Assembly: GCF_001194135.2 (NCBI RefSeq) | Contig: NC_068987.1 | Location: forward strand, 21,320,449-21,358,570 | Reading direction: 5' to 3' | From: Octopus bimaculoides | Lineage: Eukaryota | Length of the DNA stretch: 38,122 nt | Shown here: positions 1 through 11,233 of the stretch, piece by piece | Numbering within the stretch: position 1 is the stretch's first letter | Layout: each line of letters starts with the position of its first letter | The notes under the pieces: generated by a model | Seen by the model: only the letters and a program-made list of their open reading frames with translations | Databases searched by the model: none | Told to the model about the DNA's origin: nothing | Position numbers and translations under genes: made by a program

Positions 1-443
1 TTTTTTTTTTTTTTTTTTGAAGAGGTCACCATCCTTAAACCCATTCCAGTACAATGGTAAATGACTAAATAAATAAATAAACAAATGAATGTTGAATAGG
101 AAGGGAGTTCCCCTTCTCTCATTTTCCCTCTCTCTATCTATCTATCTATCTATCTACCTACCTATATTTGTATCTATCCATCTCCATTGTCAATGGAACC
201 TCACCCCAAAAAAACAAAATGTTCTCTTCTTCAAAATAAAATCCCCAAAAGACATGTTTTATATAAATGAACAAGCTGTTTGTACATTCACAAAATTTTA
301 TCTAACAAGTTCGAGAAACAAATGAAAGCGCTAATAATAATGAAGAAATAAAAAGTTTTTTCCCAAAATTCTGACGACATTTTTCTCAATATTCAAGCTC
401 TGTACACCACACCTAACACTCTATACATACATACATACATACA

Positions 444-477
<34 letters not shown>

Positions 478-501
478 CATACATATATATATATATATAT
501 G

Positions 502-752
502 TATAAAACAAATAATAAATGAGTATATGCATATATACGTACATGTATGTACATACCTACATCTACCTGTATATATAGATGCATATCTGGGTACAGGACG
601 TTGCAAACAAAACGTAGACAAAATGATAAACAGAGTGCAGAAAACACACAGGCCACATAGAGAACATTTCCGTCATCAGCTACCACCATTCTAAAACTAA
701 GCGTTTCGAAGAGTTGGGGCAGGACGCATCGTTAGAATGGCTCTTCCCACGG
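502..752 (-). repeat. Dispersed repeat, copy 1 (possibly Penelope-derived)
   Basis: 502-709 matches 30487-30690. The minus strand has gaagag...ctcttcgaaacgc and ctgatga motifs seen at Penelope-like ends; that assignment is inference. Confidence 0.6.
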
Positions 753-754
753 AC

Positions 755-1050
755 GGAGGCCAGTTTATGGGGTTACCTTGGGTTTCTCGCTCATAAGGGG
801 TTTAGAATTACGGCGTATCTTCAGACCCCAAACGTTGCTGGCCTAAGACCTCTGCAAAATATGGAGGGGGAAATGCCTCTCTATAAATGTAAACACTTGG
901 TGATTATCTCCCTTTGCCATTGGTTATCAAGTTTCGACCGCTTTTATAGAGAGGCATTTCCCCCTCCACATTATCTATCTATGAGGATACGCCGTAAGTC
1001 TAAGCCCCTTATGAACGAGAAACCTAGGATAACCCCATAAACCGGCTCCC
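755..1050. mobile_element. Non-autonomous inverted-repeat element (MITE-like)
   Basis: Arms 755-887 and 943-1050 are reverse complements apart from an indel of about 25 bp; spacer about 55 bp; no ORF. Confidence 0.75.
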
Positions 1051-1114
1051 ATTATAATATTAACTGCTCTACATCTTACAGTGTGCTTCTACCCCGAATT
1101 TATATATTTCTACA

Positions 1115-1159
<45 letters not shown>

Positions 1160-1838
1160 NNNNNNNNNNNNNNNNNNNNNNNNNNNNNNNNNNNNNNNNN
1201 NNNNNNNNNNNNNNNNNNNNNNNNNNNNNNNNNNNNNNNNNNNNNNNNNNNNNNNNNNNNNNNNNNNNNNNNNNNNNNNNNNNNNNNNNNNNNNNNNNNN
1301 NNNNNNNNNNNNNNNNNNNNNNNNNNNNNNNNNNNNNNNNNNNNNNNNNNNNNNNNNNNNNNNNNNNNNNNNNNNNNNNNNNNNNNNNNNNNNNNNNNNN
1401 NNNNNNNNNNNNNNNNNNNNNNNNNNNNNNNNNNNNNNNNNNNNNNNNNNNNNNNNNNNNNNNNNNNNNNNNNNNNNNNNNNNNNNNNNNNNNNNNNNNN
1501 NNNNNNNNNNNNNNNNNNNNNNNNNNNNNNNNNNNNNNNNNNNNNNNNNNNNNNNNNNNNNNNNNNNNNNNNNNNNNNNNNNNNNNNNNNNNNNNNNNNN
1601 NNNNNNNNNNNNNNNNNNNNNNNNNNNNNNNNNNNNNNNNNNNNNNNNNNNNNNNNNNNNNNNNNNNNNNNNNNNNNNNNNNNNNNNNNNNNNNNNNNNN
1701 NNNNNNNNNNNNNNNNNNNNNNNNNNNNNNNNNNNNNNNNNNNNNNNNNNNNNNNNNNNNNNNNNNNNNNNNNNNNNNNNNNNNNNNNNNNNNNNNNNNN
1801 NNNNNNNNNNNNNNNNNNNNNNNNNNNNNNNNNNNNNN
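1160..1838. other. Assembly gap (N)
   Basis: N run following (AT)n. Confidence 1.
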
Positions 1839-1883
1839 GCAAAAAGTCTAAAGTAGACTCCTTAAGGATCGTTCTCCTTGGTT

Positions 1884-2118
1884 ATATATCCAAAATTTTA
1901 AATTTAAAAGAGAGTTTTGACGCTAATATCCATTATTATTGAAATTTATTCCTATGTCAACATTTCTGTATAAGGCTACATTTAACTGTCAAATTCAAGT
2001 CAAACATATAAATTGCCTTACACATCTTCAGGGGGGAAAAATGTTGACATAGGAATAAATTTCAGTAATAATGGATATTAGCGTCAAAACTCTCTTTTAA
2101 ATTTTAAATTTTGTATAT
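1884..2118. mobile_element. AT-rich MITE-like inverted repeat
   Basis: Near-perfect arms of about 75 bp (1892-1964 and 2039-2113) flanked by TA-rich sequence. Confidence 0.8.
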
Positions 2119-2679
2119 GTGTGTGTGTGTGTGTGTGTGTGCTCGCGCGCACACTCTCACACACACACACACACCTACTTACATCACAGGAAGCACGTGT
2201 GTCTCTAGAGTGTTTCAGATGTTGGTCAGTTACTGCAAATACCATGAAGTGCTATATAAGAGTTATAACATTATGATCTGCAGCGACAACTACAGAAACA
2301 CACACACACACACGCAAGCAAACAGCAAAAACAGCAGCAGCTGCCGACCCAACTAATGTGCCTCTGCGTGGTCATTCGACTAACTAGAAATAACAGCGTT
2401 AATGCACACTCGACAACCACACAAACGCCCTCATACACACGCGCGCACGCGTATGGTAGAATAAGTAACAGGCTTTAAAGAACCTTAGTACTGGTGCCAA
2501 AAGAAATTCTCCAAGGCGATGCCCCAGCACGGCTGCAATCTAATTTATTCAAAAATGTTAAAGATAAATGATATATACGTGTCTGTGGTGGGGTGTATTA
2601 TCTATATTTCTTACTCTCCCTCTGCCTCTCTCTCTTTCTCTTGCTCTTTCTTTCTTTCTCTCTCTCTCTCTCGATAGAC

Positions 2680-2746
<67 letters not shown>

Positions 2747-3839
2747 ATTGAAGAATTGAGGACTGGACATGAAATTCTTTGGGTATTATACCTGTTGTTA
2801 CACAATCTCAATCTTTGAATATTAATTCCCTGTTTGAATAATTTCTGTTGTTGCGATCAGAAGTTTACCCCTTTTATACATAAGAATTTGTCTGATCGTA
2901 ACATCACTCACAAGGCTTTGGTGGCCCCTAGGGTAAAGTAGAAGACACTTGCCCACGGTGTCGTACGGTGGGACTGAACCCAAGACCGTACGACTGGGAA
3001 GCAAGCTTCTTACACTCACGACCACGCCTGCATCTATGCCATACTTGCGCCTACTCGATAGTAATTCTCTGCATAGTGAATTCAAATTTGAAACAAATGT
3101 CACTCCAATTTTGAACAAACGGTCCTTTCAATGAATGGGATCAGAAGAATAACCTGTTAGTTGACAAGACTGATGCTGTGGCATTAATGCTTCTGATGGT
3201 AATCAGAGAAAAAATCTCCCACGTTAAGCACGCGTCTGTTCACGCCGAATGATGGAGGAACGTGTATGTGCATGTGAAGCTGCTAATGTATGACTCTTTG
3301 TGTGCATGTATGCACATATGTGTGAATGTATGTATGTGTATGGCTACACACACATACACATATATATACTACCCCCATATATATATATATGCTTGTTTTG
3401 CTTGTTCTGGTTTTATTTTTAAAATTTCTCACCAATAGAGAACGAGCCGGTTTTGCATCCAGACCGATATACATAAATATAAGACTCTCACTTGCCCTAT
3501 ATACAGTCTAGCAAAACCATAGCCAAAATGAAATAGTGAGTCTATTGATAGAGACGTTGTGGCAGGGAAAAGTGCGCTTGCATGTACTTTTCCTGGGGTA
3601 TTCTACTTATATAATCAGGTAAGGACTTGTATCCCGGCCAAATTTCATCCTTGTATCCTTTGAAATAACTAGATCAAGGCTCTTTCTCATGAAGTTCGTT
3701 GTTTTGCAAATATTTTCATACTCAACAGGGTCTTCTCTTTACTGTGATTTGGTGAAGCCTGTTCCCTTGAATGTGGTTTCGTTGGATGGTAAAAAGGGAC
3801 TGTGGGAATGTATGTATGTATGTATGTATTATGTATGTG

Positions 3840-4197
3840 TGGAGGCGCAATGGCCCAGTGGTTAGGGCAGCGGACTCGCGGTCATAGGATCGCGGTTTCG
3901 AATCCCAGACTGGGCGTTGTGAGTGTTTATTGAGCGAAAACACCTAAACCTCCACGAAGCTCCGGCAGGGGGTGGTGGCGAACCCTGCTGTACTCTTCCA
4001 CCACAACTTTCTCTCACTGTAATTCAAAGGGTTTGCCTTGTCACACTGTGTCACGCTGAATATCCCCGAGAACTACGTTAAGGGTACACGTGTCTGTGGA
4101 GTACTCAGCCACTTGCACGTTAATTTCACGAGCAGGCTGTTCCGTTGATCGGATCAACTGGAACCCTCGACGTCGTAAGCGACGGAGTGCCAACAAA
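3840..4197 (+). mobile_element. tRNA-derived SINE, full length
   Basis: Head ggaggcgcaatggcccagtggttagggcagcggactcgcggtcataggatcgcggtttcgaatccc has A- and B-box-like motifs, then about 280 bp of body; embedded in (TGTA)n. A second copy lies at 6142-6521. Confidence 0.85.
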
Positions 4198-4694
4198 ATA
4201 AAGGTATGTATGTATGTGTGTATGTATGTATGTATGTCATGTGATGTGATGTGGCATACATACTGCCGGTCCTACTGGTAACATATAAACCAAATTAGAC
4301 CCGTTGCAACGTCGGACCATCGGCGACTAAGCCAGCAGCCCGACTAGGCCTGCTTGGTAAGAACGGTGGTTATCGTCGGACACCCAGCAGGAGGAAAAGC
4401 AAAACTTGTCAAAGAATGGACGAATCTACTGTCAACGAGCCATCCGATACCAGGGAGTAAGAGACCCCTAGTTTTTGTCTAAGAGAAGGAAATTCCAATT
4501 AACACCCACTTCACAGCGAAGCCGGAAATTTTCTTCTACTTTGACCCCCTAGGTGAGAGTCTTATTGGTATTGTGCAAACTATTATTGACTTTAAATTGC
4601 AGCACGGGCTTTGCTGACGGCCGTTGTCATTAATATTTTTAAGGTGTAAATGACGACATTTTCAAGGTGATCGTCTGCAAGTTGACACCCACCA

Positions 4695-5242
4695 TGTATG
4701 TATGTATGTATGTATGTATGAATGTATGTATGAATGTATGAATGTATGAATGTATGGATGGATGGATGGATGGACGGATGGATTGATGGATGGATGTATT
4801 CATGAATGTATGTATGTATGTATGTATGCATGTATGTATGCATACGTGTATGGATGTATGCGTATATGTATTCATGCATGTATGTATGTATGTATGTATG
4901 TATGTATGTATGTATTCATGCATGTATGTATGTACGCATGTATGCATACATGCATGTATGTATTCATATATGCATGCATGTTTCTATGTATGTCCGTATG
5001 TACATATGTATGTACATATGTACGTATGTATGTATGAATGCATGCATTTATGTACGTATGTATGTATGTGTTTAAGTGCATTTATATATGTACACATTTG
5101 TGTGTGTGTGCATGTATACATATATATTTTATATATTGTATATATACAGCGTGTGTATGTATACATGTGTGTACGAGTGTGTGTGCGTGTGTGTGTGTGT
5201 GTATGTGCATGTGTGGGTGTGGATGAGTGTTTGTATGTAGAA

Positions 5243-5290
<48 letters not shown>
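4695..5290. repeat. Compound microsatellite (TGTA/TGAA/TGGA)n-(TG)n-(CT)n
   Basis: Seen directly. Other large simple repeats: 420-500, 2630-2745, 7330-7537, 15470-15660, 22140-22610, 27255-27560, 30420-30485. Confidence 0.95.
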
Positions 5291-5295
<5 letters not shown>

Positions 5296-5300
5296 CCAAG

Positions 5301-5432
5301 TGGAAAACAATCGAGTATTTCGGATCGGGCAGAAGCCCAGTGTTCATCCAAGATAAGGAAACAACACCGAACAACAACAACAACAACAACAACAGCAGCA
5401 GCAGCAGCAGCAGGAGCAGCAATGGTTGTTAA
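5301..5432 (+). CDS. Possible terminal exon of an unidentified plus-strand gene
   Basis: (CT)n tract plus gccttccaag acceptor, then 43 codons and a stop: WKTIEYFGSGRSPVFIQDKETTPN8S6RSSNGC*. No homolog recognised, and the other frames are also partly open. Confidence 0.25.
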   Translation, partial: WKTIEYFGSGRSPVFIQDKETTPNNNNNNNNSSSSSSRSSNGC

Positions 5433-5959
5433 TCTCAATGTAACTGCACTGTGTTGTGTTCCAAGTACTTGTAATGTGTCAAAGGTGATTCTGTTTGATT
5501 ATTTCGGACGGAACAAACTCATTGACGGTTTCGGAAATGAAGGAGAAACACACACACACACACACACATTCATACAAACAGAAAGCGGAATAAGGTAAAC
5601 AACAGCAAGTATCCTGATAGATAACGATGAATTCAAAATCGTTTTCCTGCTGTTTGTTATTGTTCTTGTTTTTGTTTTTTAACCCACCAACCAAGCCCCA
5701 TATCAGATTTGATTGAGCAAACCTATGATCAAAAGCATTCCTGTCGTGACAGTCCCGTCAACCCCTTTGAGATGTGAGACTATTTAAACTGCATCATCGA
5801 ATGCATCCTTTTTTTCTTTCTTTCTTTTCTTCCTAGGACGTTATGGTTGTGATTTGGAGAGAAATTTCGCTGCTATTTCTAACCTATCTAACCCAACCAT
5901 ACACGAACTTGGGAATTTTAATGAAAATGGTCCAAGCGCTGAGCTACGTTTGGAGTTTA

Positions 5960-6141
5960 CGGGAGGATGCTGAAAAGTTCCTGGCTTTAAGGGCATCACG
6001 AAAGGCCTGGTTGGAAGCCCGACCTTCCGGTTTCCTTTACCGGAATAAGTGTGCGAATCTGAAGGGAAATATGTTGAATAAAATAATGGTCCTCCTGTAT
6101 TTTCGTTTACATAAAGCCAGGACCTTTTCAGCACCACTCGT
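5960..6141 (+). mobile_element. Mariner-derived MITE
   Basis: TIRs cgggaggatgctgaaaagttcctggcttt (5960-5988) and aaagccaggaccttttcagcaccactcgt (6113-6141). TA on the left. Interior keeps the mariner transposase end NKCANLKGNMLNK, a frameshifted KCVxxxGxYVE*. Confidence 0.8.
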
Positions 6142-6521
6142 TGTTGGCACCCCGTCGCTTACGGCGTCGAGGGTTCCAGTTGATCCGATCAACGGAACAG
6201 CCTGCTCGTGAAATTAACGTGAATGTGACTGAGCACTCCACAGATACATGTACCCTTAACGTAGTTCTCGGGGATATTCAGCGTGACACAGTGTGACAAG
6301 GCTGACCCTTTCAATTACAGGAACAGCAGAAACAGGAAGAAAGAGTGAGAGAAAGTTGTGGTGAAAGAGTACAGCAGGGTTCGCCACCATCCCCTGCCGG
6401 AGCCTCGTGGAGCTTTAGGTGTTTTCGCTCAATAAACACTCACAACGCCCAATCTGGGAATCGAAACCGCGATCCTATGACCGCGAGTCCGATGCCCTAA
6501 ACACTGGACCATTGCGCCTCC
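6142..6521 (-). mobile_element. tRNA-derived SINE, same family as 3840-4197, opposite orientation
   Basis: Alignable as a reverse complement to 3840-4197 over its whole length, with a small internal indel. Confidence 0.85.
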
Positions 6522-6827
6522 ACTGCACCTCTCGTACATAGCTCATATCTCGCAGAAAATTTATAAACTCGGTAAAAAAAATTATTTTGTTATTTTTTCT
6601 GGCTCTTTACGTTCTGTGTTCAAATACCGCCGAGGTTAACTTTTCCTTTCATACTCCTAACGTCGATAAAGTAAAGAACTGATCAAATACTAGTTCTTGG
6701 TCTTATGCCTAAACTAGAAATCGTTAAATATTCACTAAATGTGAGCTGGTAAAATCGTTTAAAAAGCTTCAGAAAATGACTTGGCGGTATTTTTTTCCGG
6801 CCCTTTACATTCTGGGTTCAAACGCCG

Positions 6828-7290
6828 CTGTTAAGGACCTTGAAGCAATCCAGCGAAGCTACACATAGAAGATCGTCTCATTGCAACAGCTCAGCTACTG
6901 AAAAAGACTGAAACACTCTACTCCCTGGAGCAAAAGCGAGCGAGTTATACATCTGGAAGATCCTGGAAAGGATTGTACTAAATTTTGGCATTGAAAGCTA
7001 CACAAATGCCTAAACGGGTCGCCACTGCACAGTGTCAAAGATCCCAATACTTCCGTCGTGTTTCAGAACCAATTTCTACAACATCCTGGATTTCAAGGGC
7101 CCACAGCTTTTTAATATTCTTCCAAAGAGCCTGAGAGACCTACACAAAGTGGATGTAGGTGTTTTCAAAAGAAAACTGGATTTCTTCTTGTCGAAAGTCC
7201 CAGATGAATCTATCTTGCAGCAGGAGGCGCAAATGAGGGCAGCGACATCAAAGTCCCTTATTCACCCAATGCCACATATTAGAGGAGGCT
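6828..7290 (+). mobile_element. CR1-like LINE 3' fragment (post-RT C-terminus)
   Basis: Broken frame VKDLEAIQRSYT...LYSLE...IWKIL...GPQLFNILPKSLRDL...FKRKLDFFLSKVPDE, typical of CR1 ORF2 ends. Confidence 0.8.
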
Positions 7291-7332
7291 CACAATAATC
7301 ACAGTGTAGCAAAACGGAGGTGCTACATCTAT

Positions 7333-7403
<71 letters not shown>

Positions 7404-7467
7404 TACATATATATGTGTCCATACATATATACGTGTGTGTATATAAATGTATATGTATATCTATCTA

Positions 7468-7540
<73 letters not shown>

Positions 7541-8026
7541 CGTTGTGTTTATGTCTGTCCTCCATCGCCGCTTGACAACCGGTGCTGGTTTGCTCCCGTC
7601 CTCGTAAACTAGCTGCAGAAGACACCGATGGAATAAGTACTGGGGTCGATAGAATGAATACTGGGGTCGATTTGTTAGAATAAAACCCTGTAACGCAGTG
7701 CCCCAGTATGGCCGTAGTCCAATGACTGAAACTAATAAAAGATAGTTTTCAACTAGCAATAACCACCCCTAGGATTTACTTCATTGTCCATAGTCCCGCC
7801 TCTAAATGACAAAGATAAAAAGTAGAAGCTCATTTACAGATTGTAATACTTCAAGGAAATCATAATACTTTTTGGATCACGTTGCGAAGACTTGAAGAAA
7901 ATACAGAGACTTGCCTAGAATATAACACCGTTTGATTTGGGAATAGTGAATACCGACATTGAATCATACGTACATCATAAGCTCATTATATGTGAGCATC
8001 TGAAAAAACCAAGTCACTGTCCACAT

Positions 8027-8238
8027 ACTCTTTTACTCTTTTACTTGTTTCAGTCATTTGACTGCGGCCATACTGGAGCACCGCCTTTAGTCGAGCAAAT
8101 CGACCCCAGGACTTATTCTTTGTAAGCCTAGTACTTATTCTAGCGGTCTCTTTTTGCCGAACTGCTAAGTTACGGGGACGCAAACACACCAGCATCGGTT
8201 GTCAAGCGATGGTAGGGGGGGACAAACACAGACACACA

Positions 8239-8240
<2 letters not shown>
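8027..8240 (-). mobile_element. SINE 3' part (Nin/Deu-domain-like family)
   Basis: Ends ...aatgactgaaacaagtaaaagagtaaaagag on the minus strand; very similar to 37903-38110. Family naming is from memory. Confidence 0.75.
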
Positions 8241-8287
<47 letters not shown>

Positions 8288-8692
8288 NNNNNNNNNNNNN
8301 NNNNNNNNNNNNNNNNNNNNNNNNNNNNNNNNNNNNNNNNNNNNNNNNNNNNNNNNNNNNNNNNNNNNNNNNNNNNNNNNNNNNNNNNNNNNNNNNNNNN
8401 NNNNNNNNNNNNNNNNNNNNNNNNNNNNNNNNNNNNNNNNNNNNNNNNNNNNNNNNNNNNNNNNNNNNNNNNNNNNNNNNNNNNNNNNNNNNNNNNNNNN
8501 NNNNNNNNNNNNNNNNNNNNNNNNNNNNNNNNNNNNNNNNNNNNNNNNNNNNNNNNNNNNNNNNNNNNNNNNNNNNNNNNNNNNNNNNNNNNNNNNNNNN
8601 NNNNNNNNNNNNNNNNNNNNNNNNNNNNNNNNNNNNNNNNNNNNNNNNNNNNNNNNNNNNNNNNNNNNNNNNNNNNNNNNNNNNNNNNNNNN
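8288..8692. other. Assembly gap (N)
   Basis: N run flanked by (AT)n on both sides. Confidence 1.
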
Positions 8693-8714
8693 ATATATAT
8701 ATATATATATATAT

Positions 8715-8880
8715 ATACGACGGGCTTCTTTCAGTTTCCGTCTACCAAATCCACTCACAAGGCTTTGGTCGGCCCGAGGCTATAGTAGAAGACACTTGGC
8801 CAAGGTGCCGAGCAGTGGGACTGAACCCGGAACCATGTGGTTGGTAAGCAAGCAACTTACCACACAGCCACTCATGCGCC
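8715..8880 (-). mobile_element. CORE-like tRNA SINE
   Basis: Minus strand reads tggttccgggttcagtcccactgc...ggccaagtgtcttctactatagcctcgggccgaccaaagccttgtgagtggatttggtagacggaaactgaaagaagcccgtcg. Relatives at about 2900-3030, 17320-17440, 22000-22140, 30225-30420, 33690-33790 and 35585-35720. Confidence 0.75.
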
Positions 8881-9242
8881 TATAACTATCAGTGACCGTT
8901 GAAGCAATTTTTAAAAAAATTAGGCACAAGACCAGCAATTTTGAGGGGAAGGAGTTAGTCGATGCCACGTTTCCAGTACTTGATTAGGTCTGTATTTTGT
9001 CTTCCTCGGTAATAAGAAAAGGATTTGGACTCAGGACGTAAAGAGCCAGTAGAAATAATATGAAGCATTTTGTCCAACGGTCTAACGATTCTGTTAATCT
9101 GCCGCCCTTCCTGATTTAGTGAGAAGGACACCAGTCAAGTACATCGGTGCCAGTACTTGACCGGTATAGTGTTTTATTGACATCAGAGAGGTGAGAGGCA
9201 AAGATGATCTCGGCAGTGTTTGAACCCAGAATATAAAGGGCT

Positions 9243-10400
9243 TTAAATATGCAGGCTGTAGTGCATTCGTGAGTTGATAGTGCAGTGCTTGAAATTTTCC
9301 AGCATTAAACTGCATGTTGTTTATTTCGGCCCACTTAAATATCGAATTCAGGTTCTGTTGTAAGCTTGCGACATCATCTTGGTTTTTTTTTTTTATTGCC
9401 TGTGATAATTTTGCATCATCAGCATAGCTAGTGACAGTGGCTGTCCGAGTGACCGTGGGCATGTCTAAGAGGACTATTATGAACAGTAATGGCCCCAGAA
9501 CAGTTTCCTGGGGGATACCATTTGGGATTTGAGCCTCCTCAGAAAGGGCACCATTGACTGCAACTACCTGACCTCTGTTTTAAGGAAGACATGCAACCAC
9601 TCTCCCAGTTTATCTGCGATGCCAAGGTCTCGTAGCTTATTACATATCATGTCATGATTTACCTTATCAAATGCCTTTGCAAAGTCAAGGTATATCACAC
9701 TGACATCTGAATGGTCAAGCAGCTGTTTCAAAACTCAGTCGTAGTGCTGTAGAAGTTTGTGAGGCAGCTTCTTCCTGGACGGAATCCATGCTGTGTATTG
9801 TTCAGTAGGTCATTTTCTTCTAGGAACATTATCAATTTCTTTCTGATGATTCGCTCCATGACTTTACTGATATATGAGGTCGGAGAGATTGACATGTAGT
9901 TTTTGGTCTCTCCTCTGCTTCCACCTTTGTGGATATGGCTTATAATGCCTTCTTTCAGCTTTTTAGGGAGTTTACCACTTGCAAGGAAGCTTTGGAAAAG
10001 TATCCGAAGTGGTTTCGCTAGATCCTGCTTACATGACTTCAGGAGAATAACTGGGAAGCCATCAGGACCAGTTGCAGAGCATTATCTCATTTCATCTATG
10101 GCCGCTGTCACATCTGTTTCCTCAATGTTGATGTGATCAATGGCTGGCGCCTGCCTTTTTAGAGCTGCAATGTTAAAGAATTCAGCCGGATTTTTTATCT
10201 GCATGTGTCTGAGAGAGGAAGTGAAGACACGTTTAAATTGTTCACTGATTATCTCACTTATCCTTCCTGGGTCCGCTGTTAGTGAGTCATTCCGGTGGAA
10301 CAATGGTCCTATTTTATATGTTGTATTGTGGCTGTTTCCTTTGCGAATTTATAGAACGCTATGGGATTTGTTTTTAGGCTTTCCACAGCTCTCTTCTCTC
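9243..10400 (-). mobile_element. Degenerate CR1-like non-LTR retrotransposon, reverse transcriptase region
   Basis: Minus-strand translation shows GPDGFP, QHGFRPGRSCLT, IYLDFAKAFDKV (about 9661-9696), LGPLLF, SYADDAKL (YADD at 9415-9426) and WAEINNMQFNAGK, with stops and frameshifts. Confidence 0.9.
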
Positions 10401-11233
10401 TCAGTAAGTATCCGGACTGTTGCCATAGTAACGAATCTATAGCACGCAGATTAAAGCCGTTTGGTACGGAATGACCTTGAACTATGCTGTGCATACGATC
10501 TAGGTTTTAACGTTTTAACTCGCTTCCACTGTTTACAGCAGTGCTTAGAAGGAAGATGTGTAGCATGTGATCGTTGCGTTGAAGATGACAGAGAAGGTTG
10601 AGCAGAGAACCTGCATCACATTTTGCCAAAATCTTAGCGATACCTGCCCAGAGGCCCACGCAAAGTTTTCAAAATGCTTTCATCGTTCTCGACACAATGA
10701 AGAAGATCTTGTGCGACTGAAACCCGAGTGTCCTTTTGGTCAGCTGAAAGCAGTTTTGGCACGAACTTGGCAGACACACGTCTCTTACCCAAATCTTCAG
10801 TGATAATGGACTGAACTGAACCGTAACTAATCTGCACGTCCTCTGATAACTCACGGATGGTGATTCGACGATTTCTCCTCACAACTGCACACACATCTGC
10901 GATGTTTTACTCAGTTGTGCTGGTTGCGGGTCTCCTAGAACGTTCGTCAATATCGACATTTTTTCGGCCATCTTGGAAAACGTCTGAACCACTCGTACAC
11001 TTCCGTCCGGCTCACACACTCCTCTGCATACACTTTCTGCAACTTTGCGTAGGCCTCTGAGCAGGTATCACTATAACAACTTTCTTTCATGGACAATGCA
11101 ACGATCACACACTACACGCCTTCCTTCCAAGCACTGCTGCAAACAGCGAAAGTGAGGTAGAACGTTAAAACTTAGATCGCATGTACAACAGAGTTCAAGG
11201 TCAATCTGTGCCTCTTGGCACAGATTGACCTTG
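10401..11233. mobile_element. Rearranged mariner element with two 5' ends facing inward
   Basis: Plus 10401-10667 carries the leader and MTEKVEQRTCITFCQNLSDTCPEAHAK. Minus 11212-10661 carries the same leader and EAYAKLQKVYAEECVSRTEVYEWFRRF...RRITIRELSEDVQISYGSVQSIITEDLGKRRVSAKFVPKLLS (mariner HTH region). No catalytic domain. Confidence 0.88.

Noticed and set aside
1069-1856. Longest ORFs in the track (256-257 aa), also those at 8165-8885, 22148-22748 and 24124-24329
   Set aside because: They are runs of N plus flanking microsatellite and carry no coding information.
3840-3915. tRNA gene (likewise 31725-31799 and 25460-25540)
   Set aside because: A and B boxes are present, but no complete cloverleaf or T-run terminator; each continues into a repeated SINE body.
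4592-5438. Many MYVC/HTYI/IYIY/LSLS-type ORFs here and at 393-689, 7262-7759, 15420-15715, 27213-27691 and 30216-30785
   Set aside because: They are translations of di- and tetranucleotide microsatellites, which lack stops in several frames.
5843-6211. 122-aa ORF
   Set aside because: It runs across a MITE and an antisense SINE, so it is a chance fusion of repeats.
6828-10400. The two CR1 pieces as one inverted (twin-primed) insertion
   Set aside because: They do not abut: about 1.9 kb of other repeats and a gap lie between them, part of ORF2 is missing, and no shared TSD is visible. Independent copies are simpler.
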